From Patescibacteria group bacterium (GTDB lineage: Bacteria; Patescibacteriota; Microgenomatia; Daviesbacterales; UBA10151): 52,008 bases of DNA. The position numbers and the translations under genes were made by a program. The notes below the pieces were generated by a model that ran no database searches, was not told where the DNA came from, and was given only the letters and a program-made list of their open reading frames with translations. Position 1 is the stretch's first letter. Every line of letters starts with the position of its first letter. The stretch is taken from the NCBI GenBank assembly GCA_038064895.1, contig JBBTSA010000014.1, positions 9,962-61,969 on the forward strand, read 5' to 3'. This document shows positions 1-9,176 of the stretch, one piece after another.

Positions 1-151
1 TCCACCTTTAGATTCCTACCATAGTTTTTTCTTCTTTTATTAGAAGTTTTTAAGGATACTTCTCGCTAATCGCTCGAAGAATAATTAGTAATCTTACTAT
101 TCTCCACCCTTAAAATTCTGGCTGAATTTTTTTGTTATAATCAAAGCTAAA

Positions 152-463
152 GTGAAATACAAATCTGTTTTAGGTAAAATGGTTGAGCTTACATCCGAAA
201 GAAGAAAGCATATCATTTCCAAGCATCCAGAAGTTAAAAGCCATATCAAGAGAATCTCTCAAGTGCTGGCTTCACCAAATGATATCAGAATAAGTAAAAT
301 TGATGAAAAAGCATTGTTATTTTACAAATATTTTGCTACAATCAAAGGTGGAAAATATATAAATGTTACAGTTAAAATAAATCAGAGGAATTTTATCTTA
401 ACTGCCTATATTACTGATAGAATAAGAGCAGGAGAAAAATATGAAAGCACAAAAGAAACTTAA
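152..463 (+). CDS. hypothetical protein, toxin-like member of a two-gene pair (possibly DUF4258/BrnT-like fold)
   Basis: 103-aa ORF with GTG start that overlaps the next ORF by 23 nt. Small basic protein ending ..FILTAYITDR. Family call is from memory and weak. Confidence 0.4.
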   Translation: MKYKSVLGKMVELTSERRKHIISKHPEVKSHIKRISQVLASPNDIRISKIDEKALLFYKYFATIKGGKYINVTVKINQRNFILTAYITDRIRAGEKYESTKET

Positions 464-671
464 TATTTATTACGACAAAGGGGCGGATGTTTTATATGTT
501 TCTCATGGTAAACCATCTGCTAGAGATGAAACATTCGAAACAGAAGATGAAATTGTAGTGAGAAAGAATCCAAAAACAGGGGAGATTAGAGGTTTTACTA
601 TTTTACATTTCTTAAAGCGAGGAGTTAAAGACCCATCTATTGCACTTCCTTTTCAGTTCTCTTTCCAATAA
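441..671 (+). CDS. DUF2283-family protein (putative antitoxin-like partner)
   Basis: 76 aa. LNIYYDKGADVLYV near the N-terminus and GEIRGFTILHF near the C-terminus fit the DUF2283 pattern as I remember it. Overlaps the upstream ORF. Confidence 0.55.
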   Translation: MKAQKKLNIYYDKGADVLYVSHGKPSARDETFETEDEIVVRKNPKTGEIRGFTILHFLKRGVKDPSIALPFQFSFQ

Positions 672-1261
672 TGAAACAGGCAGGCCAGACAGGAATTTTA
701 ATCTTGGTAGGGATTTTAATTATTGCTGGATTAGTTGGTGGAGTATATTATCTGGGAACAAGAAAACCAATAACTGTTGTTCCATCCCCTTCTCCTACCC
801 CATCTAACACTAGCCCTATACCGAATGATACTGGAGAAACTGATAATTGGAAAACATATACAAATAATTATTACAGCATTATTTTTAAATATCCTCCAGA
901 ATGGAAAATTGGAACTCAGATTGGTACTGATAACAGTTCTTTTTTCATTACACTCTCAGCACCTGTACAACGAAGTCAATTGGGTGACAATATTAATATT
1001 GACATACATGATAACAAGGCAAATCTGTCGATGGAACAATATATTTTCAAAATAGCTGGTAATGGTCCTTATCATTATAAAGAAGTTGAAATTAATGGGA
1101 TACAAGCCAGAGAATATTCAGATCTTCCTGAAGCCTCATATGTAAGACGTCTCTATATCAAACATGGATCATACATTCATGAAATATCTATACAGAGTGA
1201 TAGCGAGGACCACCTTGAACCATTTGAAAAATTACTTTCCACCTTTAAATTTACTAAATAG
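671..1261 (+). CDS. membrane-anchored secreted hypothetical protein
   Basis: 196 aa. N-terminal TM helix (GILILVGILIIAGLVGGVYYLG) followed by a Pro/Ser/Thr-rich linker. Its ATG overlaps the upstream stop by 1 nt. Confidence 0.7.
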   Translation: MKQAGQTGILILVGILIIAGLVGGVYYLGTRKPITVVPSPSPTPSNTSPIPNDTGETDNWKTYTNNYYSIIFKYPPEWKIGTQIGTDNSSFFITLSAPVQRSQLGDNINIDIHDNKANLSMEQYIFKIAGNGPYHYKEVEINGIQAREYSDLPEASYVRRLYIKHGSYIHEISIQSDSEDHLEPFEKLLSTFKFTK

Positions 1262-1327
1262 CTATCAGCTTTCAGTCTTCAGCTTTCAGAAAAAACAGTC
1301 TGACGACTGATGTCTGATGACTGATGA

Positions 1328-2380
1328 CTATTCTTTAATTTCTCCATCCTCTATTCTTAAAATCCTGGCTTGGGCCAAAAATTCTTTGGGGATGTTTTCC
1401 AGTTCTACTGTGGCAATGATAGTTTGCTGTTTAGAAACCACTTCTACAACATGAGCCCTATGATTTGTATCAAGCTCTGAAAATATATCATCCAATAAAA
1501 GTATTGGCCTTTTACCTAAAGTTTTGGCCATATATTCAAGCTGGGCTAATTTAAAAGCCAAAGTGGCAGTTCTTTGTTCACCTCTTGAGCCATAGTGGGA
1601 CAAGTGTCTTCCATCCAGCATCACCACAAAGTCATCTCTATGGGGTCCAATTAAAGTAGCTGCAGCAGCCACTTCTTTGTCATTGGCTTCACTTAACCTT
1701 TCCACTGTAACTTGGCTTTGTTTATACTCAAAATTAAATTCTCCCAGAGATTTCTCCAGCCCATTTATGAATTCAAAAAAACTCCCTCTCTTATCACTTA
1801 TCACTTTTCCCTTGTTCACTAGTTCGTCAGTCCAGTATGTGAGCTCATCCACCCTTCCTTTCCCTTCCCTAATCCTTTTTAAAATCCTGTTTCTTGCAGT
1901 TAAAAACTGTTCATATTGAGTCAAACTTCTTTTATAATCAACATCCACCTGAGCCAGAGCCAAATCAAGATGCCAACGTCTCAAAGCTGGTGGACCGGTT
2001 ACCATATTTATATCCGAAGGATAAAAAATTACTGCAGGAAGATTTCCTATAAAATCAACAACCCTTCTTGAAATACCATTCACCATAACTTTTTTCTTGA
2101 ATGGAACTTCATTTGTTGGCCTGTTAATCAAAACCATTAATTCTGTTTCCGGATCAGATAAAAAACCTTCAATTCTTGTAAATTCCTCTTTTTCCTTAAT
2201 AAGTTCATCTTCTCTCTCTACTCTTAAGGATTTGCTTGTGGACAGAAGATAAATTGCCTCCAGTAAATTAGATTTCCCTGCAGCATTATTACCCACTAAT
2301 ACTGTCGGGCGACCATCAAAGTTTAAATGGAGAATAGAGTAATTCCTAAAATTAGTTAAATTTAATTGCTTAAGAAACAT
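1328..2380 (-). CDS. recF: DNA replication and repair protein RecF
   Basis: 350 aa. N-terminus MFLKQLNLTNFRNY, Walker A GNNAAGKSN, C-terminal LLLDDIFSELD signature/Walker B region. Confidence 0.9.
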   Translation of the reverse strand: MFLKQLNLTNFRNYSILHLNFDGRPTVLVGNNAAGKSNLLEAIYLLSTSKSLRVEREDELIKEKEEFTRIEGFLSDPETELMVLINRPTNEVPFKKKVMVNGISRRVVDFIGNLPAVIFYPSDINMVTGPPALRRWHLDLALAQVDVDYKRSLTQYEQFLTARNRILKRIREGKGRVDELTYWTDELVNKGKVISDKRGSFFEFINGLEKSLGEFNFEYKQSQVTVERLSEANDKEVAAAATLIGPHRDDFVVMLDGRHLSHYGSRGEQRTATLAFKLAQLEYMAKTLGKRPILLLDDIFSELDTNHRAHVVEVVSKQQTIIATVELENIPKEFLAQARILRIEDGEIKE

Positions 2381-2480
2381 TTCTTCCGACAGTAAATTCC
2401 AAATAATAAATTACAAGTATTCCAAACAATAATCAATGATCAAATGTTTAAAATTTAAAAATTGAAATTTTGAATTTTGT

Positions 2481-2509
2481 TTGGTACTTGGATACTTGGT
2501 ACTTGGTAC
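2481..2509. repeat. short tandem repeat, about 4 units of TTGGTAC (one unit TTGGATAC)
   Basis: ttggtac ttggatac ttggtac ttggtac lies directly next to the MFS gene stop codon (2510-2512). Confidence 0.8.
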
Positions 2510-3811
2510 TTATCTCCTCCAATGACCCAATCCCAAGAATTCTCTAATATTATATGGCAGGGCACTTTCTTTAAAAAATAGGCTTGGATTCAATCCAAAT
2601 ATCCCTATAGCTGAAGTTACTATTCCAAAACCAATAAATATAGGAATTACCCCAAAAATATCTGCCAAGGCTCCTGCCAAAAGTACAGGGATTAAAGATA
2701 CTAAAGACATAGCAACTCCAAGTACCGCAAAAACCTTTCCCCTATCCTGATCCGGCGTATTCTCCTGAAGAACAGTTTGAGTTGGTACAAGTATTGCTAC
2801 CAAACACAAACCTAATAAAAATGCTCCTATAAATAAAACCCTTGAGAGGGGTATGATTCCCATTAAAATAAAAAGTAGTCCTGATAACAAGATTGCTTTT
2901 GAAACTAAAACCCGTCTTACAAATCTATAACCAATCTTACCTATTATAAGCCCTCCTATAACTATCCCAAGACCTAAAGGCATAATCAAAATAAAGGATG
3001 CATCTGTAGCTTTTGTATGAAGTACTCTTTCCAAAAATGCGGACATTAAAACTGCCAAAATCCCAACTACCATCTGTACTCCTGCCAAAATTAAGATTGC
3101 ACTTAAAACTGTAAGTTTCCCTTTTATAAGTCTTAAAGTTTTTAAAATCTCAAAAAATCCTATATTTTTTATAGCAAGATAGTCTTTTTTTAATATTGAC
3201 AAAATGAGTTCTTTACCCATCTTATCAGGCTTTACAACAATTTGTGGAAACATAAAAGATAAAAGGTATGCTAAAAAAAGTAATACACCCCCTGTTTTGA
3301 AGATAAAATCAACACCAAAGGAGGCAATAAGTAGTCCTGATAAACCAAAACCCAAAAGAAAGGTTGTATATAAAGTGGCAGAAAAAATAGAGTTTGCAGA
3401 AAGTAACTCCTTTCTTTTACTAATTAAAGGAATGGCAGATGCTTCAGTTGGAGCATAAAATTGGCCCAAGGAATTAACAAAAAATGCAACTAAAAGTACT
3501 GCTATGTAATAATCTTTTAAAAATATTAGGCTAAAAAATGATAAGGCTAAAAAAATATCTATTATCATAATTATTTTTTTCTTATCCATAAGATCTACTA
3601 ATATTCCTGTAAATAAGCCCAATATTACAGCCGGAAGATAGATTGAAAACATTAATGCTGAAACAGCAGTTATAGAGTTAGTTAATTTAAAAACCCAAAA
3701 AATAAGGGTAAAATTTAAGGCATTAAATGAAAGTTGAACTAAAATTTGGTTTATCCAAAGATTTAAAAATCCCCTATTTTTAAGAATTTGGCTGAAGGTC
3801 GCACTCTCCAT
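2510..3811 (-). CDS. MFS transporter
   Basis: 433 aa, about 12 predicted hydrophobic helices, MFS-like N-terminus (FLNLWINQILVQLSFNALNF). Confidence 0.75.
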   Translation of the reverse strand: MESATFSQILKNRGFLNLWINQILVQLSFNALNFTLIFWVFKLTNSITAVSALMFSIYLPAVILGLFTGILVDLMDKKKIIMIIDIFLALSFFSLIFLKDYYIAVLLVAFFVNSLGQFYAPTEASAIPLISKRKELLSANSIFSATLYTTFLLGFGLSGLLIASFGVDFIFKTGGVLLFLAYLLSFMFPQIVVKPDKMGKELILSILKKDYLAIKNIGFFEILKTLRLIKGKLTVLSAILILAGVQMVVGILAVLMSAFLERVLHTKATDASFILIMPLGLGIVIGGLIIGKIGYRFVRRVLVSKAILLSGLLFILMGIIPLSRVLFIGAFLLGLCLVAILVPTQTVLQENTPDQDRGKVFAVLGVAMSLVSLIPVLLAGALADIFGVIPIFIGFGIVTSAIGIFGLNPSLFFKESALPYNIREFLGLGHWRR

Positions 3812-3841
3812 ATTTTGAAGGTCGACCCTTATAATACAAGA

Positions 3842-5137
3842 TTAGAAGTCTTTTTTAAACTGTCTTTCTTCCCAAAATAGAAGTGGATGATTTTCCAGAT
3901 CACCTTTGAACTTAAATGAACTTCTAAGTTTTGCTCCAATAGGAATTAGAGCTAGTGCAGTCCAGGCTAAAGCTGGCAAGCCTGTTTTAGGCAATTCTTT
4001 AATCCCTAAAACCTGGCCGGTGGTTGATGTAGCCACCCCAACATTACCGGCAGCCCTGGCCATAAGTATTGTTATTGCGGGTGGTTGAGAAACAGTAACT
4101 GAACCACCTTGAGCTGTAACTGAACCTGTGGTTTGGGTTTGATTGCCCTGAGTATTAGTCTGATTACCGATACAAACTATAGCTCCATTTTGTCCAATGC
4201 TTTGGGTAGTACCCGGACCACAACTATTGGATACCTGTTGGGTTGGCTGTTGAAATCCACATTGACCCTGTATGCTTTGGCAGTTATATGGAGGACTTTG
4301 TGAAGAAGGAGCGCCACAAAGCATTACCACATCGATCGTACAAAGTTGTGTCCCTACACAAGTATTTTGTGTAGCAATTGTACGCGTACATTGTGGCTGC
4401 TGTGGAACTACAAGTGCTGCCGGAGCTGCAAATCCACACTCGCCCGGAACATTCTGGCAGGTGCCCGGTGCAATGCTTCGGCTGGTTGTACAATCAGCAT
4501 TGGTAGTGTTAATAGCAATACATCGCTGGTTGCCCTCGCAGACAGTCTGTTGGGTTTGGCTTGCAGTACACTGTTGGGCTGGTGCAGGAGGGTTAGGATT
4601 ACATGCTTGTGTACCGTTACAGACTAAATCTCCACAACTATCAAGGATTTTTTGAAAACTACATATCTGGGCCTGTCTGTTGGCATCACAGGTGCATTGG
4701 GCTACAGGAGCTGGAGCTGGAGGCTGGGGAGCTTCTTGTGGACACCATGATGCACAAGCACTATCTTCTTGATTAGGACCAGTGGAGAATGCTCCTGTAC
4801 AGCTACTCACATAAACAGGCCTTGAGGTATTACAAGCTACACACTCATTGTATCTGAAATCATTTGTACAAACAGGTGCTGGAGCTGGAGGCTGGGGAGC
4901 AGGAACAGGTTCAGCCGGCAAAGGTTCTTCTCCTATAACTTCAGCGGGATTAGGACAACCCAGTGAATCCGGATTAGTAGCACAATCATTTTCATCAGCG
5001 AAAACAGAGTCTGGTCCTCTTTGATAATCTCCCAAAATCATCTTCTGGCTTCCTGCCAAAAGCACCATTGCAGATAAACCTATTAAAAGGTATTTTGAGA
5101 ATCTATTTAAAAATGATCTATCTTGTAATATTTTCAT
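3842..5137 (-). CDS. cysteine-rich LPXTG-anchored surface protein
   Basis: 431 aa with an N-terminal signal/TM. C-terminus is LPKTG + hydrophobic stretch + basic tail (sortase sorting signal). Many Cys, two PQPPAPAPV linkers and two about 55-aa Cys modules ending G(E/Q)CGF. Visibly more GC-rich than its neighbours. Confidence 0.8.
   Translation of the reverse strand: MKILQDRSFLNRFSKYLLIGLSAMVLLAGSQKMILGDYQRGPDSVFADENDCATNPDSLGCPNPAEVIGEEPLPAEPVPAPQPPAPAPVCTNDFRYNECVACNTSRPVYVSSCTGAFSTGPNQEDSACASWCPQEAPQPPAPAPVAQCTCDANRQAQICSFQKILDSCGDLVCNGTQACNPNPPAPAQQCTASQTQQTVCEGNQRCIAINTTNADCTTSRSIAPGTCQNVPGECGFAAPAALVVPQQPQCTRTIATQNTCVGTQLCTIDVVMLCGAPSSQSPPYNCQSIQGQCGFQQPTQQVSNSCGPGTTQSIGQNGAIVCIGNQTNTQGNQTQTTGSVTAQGGSVTVSQPPAITILMARAAGNVGVATSTTGQVLGIKELPKTGLPALAWTALALIPIGAKLRSSFKFKGDLENHPLLFWEERQFKKDF
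4705..4732. repeat. intragenic 28-nt repeat (copy 1) encoding the APQPPAPAP linker
   Basis: caggAgctggagctggaggctggggagc matches 4873-4900 caggTgctggagctggaggctggggagc with 1 mismatch. Confidence 0.85.
4873..4900. repeat. intragenic 28-nt repeat (copy 2) encoding the APQPPAPAP linker
   Basis: See copy 1 at 4705-4732. Confidence 0.85.
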
Positions 5138-5140
5138 ATA

Positions 5141-6181
5141 TTAAATAATTCGTCTTCCTCTAACCGTAACATGTCTTGGTATATTCCTACCTCTTATAGC
5201 ATACGTACCTGCTGGTACAAACCTGCGATAAGCCAATAAACCAGCAGCTCCAGCGGCTAAAGGAAGAATAAATCCTGCATTTTCAGTCATTCCTTGCCTA
5301 GTTGCATTAGCTACACTACCTATATTACTGGCTCTCTCACCAAGAAAATCACCTACTCCATCAAGCAGACCTGGTATTCTTGGTCTATCTGGAACTGGAG
5401 CTGGAACGCTAGTAGGTGTAGCAGCAACTGTAAGGCTCGTTGCAGTAGGCTGGACTGTTTGTTTTTGAGCTTGAGCGATTAACTCTTTCTTTTTCTCATC
5501 TAAATCCTGAACCGAAGTACCAGAATCCACAATTTTTAAGAAATCTTCTGGCTTTTTAATTTCGCTGCCAAAGGCCACCACTGATCTTCTACCATCAGGT
5601 GTAACAACTTCAAACTGATCATTATCAGGATCTAGACTAGACACTACCTTAAATCTTAATGCTGGAGCTTTTTTACCTTCGCTTGTAACAGCTTCAGTGT
5701 TACAAGGAGTACTAAACTGTAACTGCCCTCTCCCAACATTTCCATCTCTTACAATATTGGCAGAAGCTAGAGGGCGATAATCAGGTTTACTTCTATCTCC
5801 CTTTTTATAAGTTATTGGAACTGCATCTACTGTAAATCCAGCAACAGCTCCTGCCCTTGGATCAATACCCATATCCAGTATATGTCGCCTGCCCCACTCC
5901 GGTACCACTTGAGCCATATCAAAAAAGGTATAGGACTCAATTCTGGCGCCTACTTGACAATTAGGATCTGCAGCTTCTGCTGTTGGGGTATTGCCGGAAA
6001 GTGCTTGGAAAACTTCCATAATTGAAGGTACTCCTGCTGAACCTACTAGAGTTGCAAGAAGTAGTCTAGAACTTAATGTGGATACTCTTACTTCGTGTGG
6101 AAGCAATTGCAATATTCCGCTCCTAGTAGCTTGAGCGGGTTTAACATCTGGTCTGATATCTGCTCTATCAGGTGTATTCAT
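5141..6181 (-). CDS. hypothetical membrane-associated protein
   Basis: 346 aa. Hydrophobic segments near the N-terminus (LLLATLVGSAGVPSIM) and C-terminus (FILPLAAGAAGLLAY), with an Arg-rich tail. Its stop is 3 nt before the start of the LPXTG gene. Confidence 0.65.
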   Translation of the reverse strand: MNTPDRADIRPDVKPAQATRSGILQLLPHEVRVSTLSSRLLLATLVGSAGVPSIMEVFQALSGNTPTAEAADPNCQVGARIESYTFFDMAQVVPEWGRRHILDMGIDPRAGAVAGFTVDAVPITYKKGDRSKPDYRPLASANIVRDGNVGRGQLQFSTPCNTEAVTSEGKKAPALRFKVVSSLDPDNDQFEVVTPDGRRSVVAFGSEIKKPEDFLKIVDSGTSVQDLDEKKKELIAQAQKQTVQPTATSLTVAATPTSVPAPVPDRPRIPGLLDGVGDFLGERASNIGSVANATRQGMTENAGFILPLAAGAAGLLAYRRFVPAGTYAIRGRNIPRHVTVRGRRII

Positions 6182-6202
6182 AATTAGTTTTGTAGTAGTA
6201 TA

Positions 6203-7381
6203 CTATGGGTTCGAGAATTTGTCAAGTTCCCTTTTAACAAGCTCCAAAATTTCTTTCTTAAATCTCATCTTTGAAAATTTTTCAGCCTGCTTCCTTAAGT
6301 CTTCCGCCTTAAATTTATCTGGATTAAAATCTTTGAGCACTTCTGCCAAACTGTCCACTGTAATCTGTCCCCTGTCCACTCCATACAATATTCCAGTTTT
6401 TTGGTCAACTGTTTCTAAAAATCCACCCTCTTTTGGAGCTATAACAGGAGTGCCACAAGCCTGTGATTCAACTGCAACAATTCCAAAATCCTCATCTTCT
6501 GAAGCTAAAACTGTAGCTTTTGCCCCTGCGTATAATCCAGGAAGTTCCTCGTCACTAACCTGGCCTAAAAATTGTACGTCATTGTGAGGACCCCGAGCCC
6601 CTCGGTCCTGAGGACCTCGGGATCGAAGGACTTGTAGAGGGGGACGAAGCAATCTTTTCAAATTTTCTAGTTCAGGTCCTGATCCAACAACTTTTAGTGG
6701 TAAACCCAGTTTGACACATGCTTCAACAACTGTATCCATTCCCTTACCTCTTACCAATCTTCCAACAGAAAGAAAATATTCTTTTTCCCCTTTACGCTTT
6801 ACCCTTTTCCCTAGTTCCACTGGTGGATATATCACTACACTGTCTCTTCTGTAAAACTTTTTAATCCTATCAGCTACATTTTTTGAATTGGCTACCAAAA
6901 TATCCGGCCGCTGCGAAGTCTCAAAATCATAAATTCTAAGAAAATGATTTGCTATCTCTCCCAAAATTTTAGTTACTGGATTTTTTTTATAATTAAAAGA
7001 GGTTGTATAACCATATAAATACCTTGGAGGAGTATGTATATAGCTTATGTGTAAGCTTCCAGGCTTTGTAATAACAGCCTTCGAAAAATATATTGCACAA
7101 GAAGAGATAACCAAATCATATTCACTCATATCGAAACTTTCAAATATCATTGGTGCAAAAATCCTGAATGGAGAAATTAATCTATTGGCAAATGGAACTC
7201 TTTGTAGCCATGAAGTTCTGATATCCCAATCAGAAAACCGTTTTGCATGGGGTCCTAAACCAGATGGAGTAAAATATGCAATATATACAGGAGCTTTAGG
7301 AAAAATCTCATGCAAAGCTTCTAAAACGCGTTCTGCTCCACCATACTCCTTCAAGTAGTCATGTACCAGGGCGACTTTCAT
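6203..7381 (-). CDS. glycosyltransferase family 4 (GT-B fold)
   Basis: 392 aa. N-terminus MKVALVHDYL..YGGAERV and C-terminal EDFGIVAVESQACGTPVIA (E-x7-E-type motif). Carries a 26-codon repeat-element insertion. Confidence 0.85.
   Translation of the reverse strand: MKVALVHDYLKEYGGAERVLEALHEIFPKAPVYIAYFTPSGLGPHAKRFSDWDIRTSWLQRVPFANRLISPFRIFAPMIFESFDMSEYDLVISSCAIYFSKAVITKPGSLHISYIHTPPRYLYGYTTSFNYKKNPVTKILGEIANHFLRIYDFETSQRPDILVANSKNVADRIKKFYRRDSVVIYPPVELGKRVKRKGEKEYFLSVGRLVRGKGMDTVVEACVKLGLPLKVVGSGPELENLKRLLRPPLQVLRSRGPQDRGARGPHNDVQFLGQVSDEELPGLYAGAKATVLASEDEDFGIVAVESQACGTPVIAPKEGGFLETVDQKTGILYGVDRGQITVDSLAEVLKDFNPDKFKAEDLRKQAEKFSKMRFKKEILELVKRELDKFSNP
6578..6655. repeat. GC-rich mini-element, family A (termini AGATTGCTTCG ... 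CCTCACAATGAC), in frame in the GT4 gene
   Basis: 78 nt = 26 codons, translated RLLRPPLQVLRSRGPQDRGARGPHND. Termini match the copies in polA. Confidence 0.8.
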
Positions 7382-7417
7382 GGTAGCCTAATTTTAGCAG
7401 AAAGTAAGAAGAATTTA

Positions 7418-7609
7418 TTAGGTTTGTTCTCCCAGCTGTCTTTTTAGCATTTCTAAAACTTCTTTTTTGGCTTGTTCTACTGTTTGTCCAGATGCTTTAG
7501 CAGCCTCTTCAAAGGTTTTATTAGTGATATTTTTTTCATCACCCATATTATCATCAGGCATCCCACACCCACAGTTATAACACATAAAATACTTTATACA
7601 AGAATCCAT
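7418..7609 (-). CDS. small Cys-rich hypothetical protein
   Basis: 63 aa. CxxCxC cluster (MCYNCGCGMPDD) followed by a helical acidic/basic tail. Overlaps the 3' end of the upstream hydrolase gene by 35 nt, so the real start may be an internal Met. Confidence 0.45.
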   Translation of the reverse strand: MDSCIKYFMCYNCGCGMPDDNMGDEKNITNKTFEEAAKASGQTVEQAKKEVLEMLKRQLGEQT

Positions 7610-8552
7610 AAAGTTTTACAAGCTCCATTATATTTATTGGCCTGTTTGGCTGAACATGCTCAAAAAGATCAGAAATATGGTAAGCAGCCACTTGATCTTT
7701 AGGCATAGCCTCATAAAGTTTAATAGACTGCGTATATGGAACATATGTATCTGATTTATCATGAAGAATAAATATTTTTGCCTTAAAATCCGAAACAAAT
7801 TCTTTTGGAGAATACCCTTTAAGCCTATTGGCATCTTTAGAATCACTGGTCACAGCAGAATCTGTTGCTACTCCTTTTGCTGCAAGAAGTGTCATAGCAT
7901 GATTTATAGCATCTTGGTGCGGCTTCCATGAAGTTTGGTTACCACGAAGTGGCAAGCTTTGCTTATACAATGCTAAAATATAATCAAAAATATCATAATA
8001 TCCTCCGAAAAAGACTAAAGAGTGTACCTTATCTGCAATTTGAGGATTAGATGAGACAACAAAAGCTGTAGATGAACCAACTGAAAAACCCACAAACGAG
8101 ATTCTTTCAGGATCCGTTTGTGGCAAGCCTTCAAGATATTTAAAGCCTTCAATAAAAGTTCCCGGCTCCTCTGGTAAACTTTCTCCCTTATCCAAAACCT
8201 CAAGCCTTGGCCAAAAAGTTATATACCCAAGTCTTGCCATAGTTTGAGCAAAATGCAAAAGGATGAGTTTATCTTTTTCCGAAGTCTTAACACCCATAGC
8301 TAAAATTACTCCGGAGTCGGGTCCTGGGGATACTGGTATAAATAAATCTGCAACAACTTTTCCGTTTTTAGTTTCAAACCCCTTCTTATCATGAAAAGGA
8401 GCCAAAGTTACAAGGTTTAGTGGTTTTATAGGTATTTGGGGGAATTCCTCTGTAATAAAAAGGATAATTTTTAGATGGGTTATAAGTTGTTTTTGAAGGA
8501 TAATTCCCAGCAAAAGTGCTGTAACTATTAAAACAATTATTAGTCTTTTCAT
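7575..8552 (-). CDS. alpha/beta hydrolase (dienelactone-hydrolase-like), secreted
   Basis: 325 aa. N-terminal signal/TM, nucleophile elbow GFSVGSS, C-terminal His region (LFEHV). Confidence 0.6.
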   Translation of the reverse strand: MKRLIIVLIVTALLLGIILQKQLITHLKIILFITEEFPQIPIKPLNLVTLAPFHDKKGFETKNGKVVADLFIPVSPGPDSGVILAMGVKTSEKDKLILLHFAQTMARLGYITFWPRLEVLDKGESLPEEPGTFIEGFKYLEGLPQTDPERISFVGFSVGSSTAFVVSSNPQIADKVHSLVFFGGYYDIFDYILALYKQSLPLRGNQTSWKPHQDAINHAMTLLAAKGVATDSAVTSDSKDANRLKGYSPKEFVSDFKAKIFILHDKSDTYVPYTQSIKLYEAMPKDQVAAYHISDLFEHVQPNRPINIMELVKLYGFLYKVFYVL

Positions 8553-9139
8553 TTCTTACGTTTTACAAAAGTAATATATATCAATCCATATAAAAGTGTA
8601 CCTAAAACTCCTACTAATAGATCGTTTACAACATCAAAGGTGCCTCTTACATTATGAGTTCCTAAAAATACATCTGTATAATATTCTTGAGCTTCAAGCA
8701 GCATGTGTACAATATTTGCAAACCCTACCCCACTCCAAAATGAAAATCCGAAAGCTCCTAAAAGTACTGCTGATAGGGCTGCAGTGGAATGGAAATGAGG
8801 GATTAGATCAAAATAAAAATAAGTGTCATACAAATTAAATGAGTTTCCTGCCATATCAAGCCAAAAAATAGAAAGATAAAGGTTATCCCACCAAAAAGGG
8901 TACTTGTGGTGAGCGGACTTGTACTGAGCATAGTCGAAGTAGTCGAACCACTTTTTCCACTTCTTTTTCCAAAAGTAAAGTATTGGGAAAAGTAAGCTTA
9001 AAGAGATAACAATAATTAAATTCCTAATAGGAATAGCTTTCCCAGCAAATCTAGGATCATCCGGATTAAACAAAACTTCTCCTAGAAAATAAAAGATGGA
9101 AAGCCTGATAAGTATATTTACTACAAGACCCAGCCGCAT
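8549..9139 (-). CDS. integral membrane hypothetical protein
   Basis: 196 aa with several hydrophobic helices. 4-nt overlap with the downstream gene. Confidence 0.6.
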   Translation of the reverse strand: MRLGLVVNILIRLSIFYFLGEVLFNPDDPRFAGKAIPIRNLIIVISLSLLFPILYFWKKKWKKWFDYFDYAQYKSAHHKYPFWWDNLYLSIFWLDMAGNSFNLYDTYFYFDLIPHFHSTAALSAVLLGAFGFSFWSGVGFANIVHMLLEAQEYYTDVFLGTHNVRGTFDVVNDLLVGVLGTLLYGLIYITFVKRKK

Positions 9140-9176
9140 AAATTTAGTATATCACCATTAAAAACACCGAGGTGAT

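Noticed and set aside
1262-1325. TCAG-rich segment between the convergent genes, considered as a repeat array or a strong terminator.
   Set aside because: Only the TCAG/CTGA tetramers are complementary, and the 3-nt blocks between them mismatch. At most it is a weak bidirectional hairpin. It is low-complexity and too short for an array.
4272-4655. Overlapping ORFs 4272-4655(+), 4284-4493(-) and 4346-4627(+) inside the Cys-rich LPXTG gene. The same applies to similar antisense or alternative-frame ORFs in the track: 777-1055, 1677-1919, 3204-3458, 3906-4088, 5294-5482, 6219-6587, 7047-7358, 7472-7702, 7634-7846, 8015-8203, 8596-8838, 9460-9675, 10057-10245, 11197-12996 (several), 16442-16714, 18240-19442 (several), 20353-20914, 22163-22692, 23488-23697, 26343-26828, 29503-29700, 30481-30687, 33273-33461, 34233-34619, 36694-38542 (several), 40064-40351, 41833-42230, 43521-43928, 46923-47313, 49498-49749, 50604-50898 and 51170-51605.
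   Set aside because: Each lies entirely within, or antisense to, a longer ORF that has recognisable motifs. Their translations are low-complexity or hydrophobic nonsense typical of shadow ORFs.
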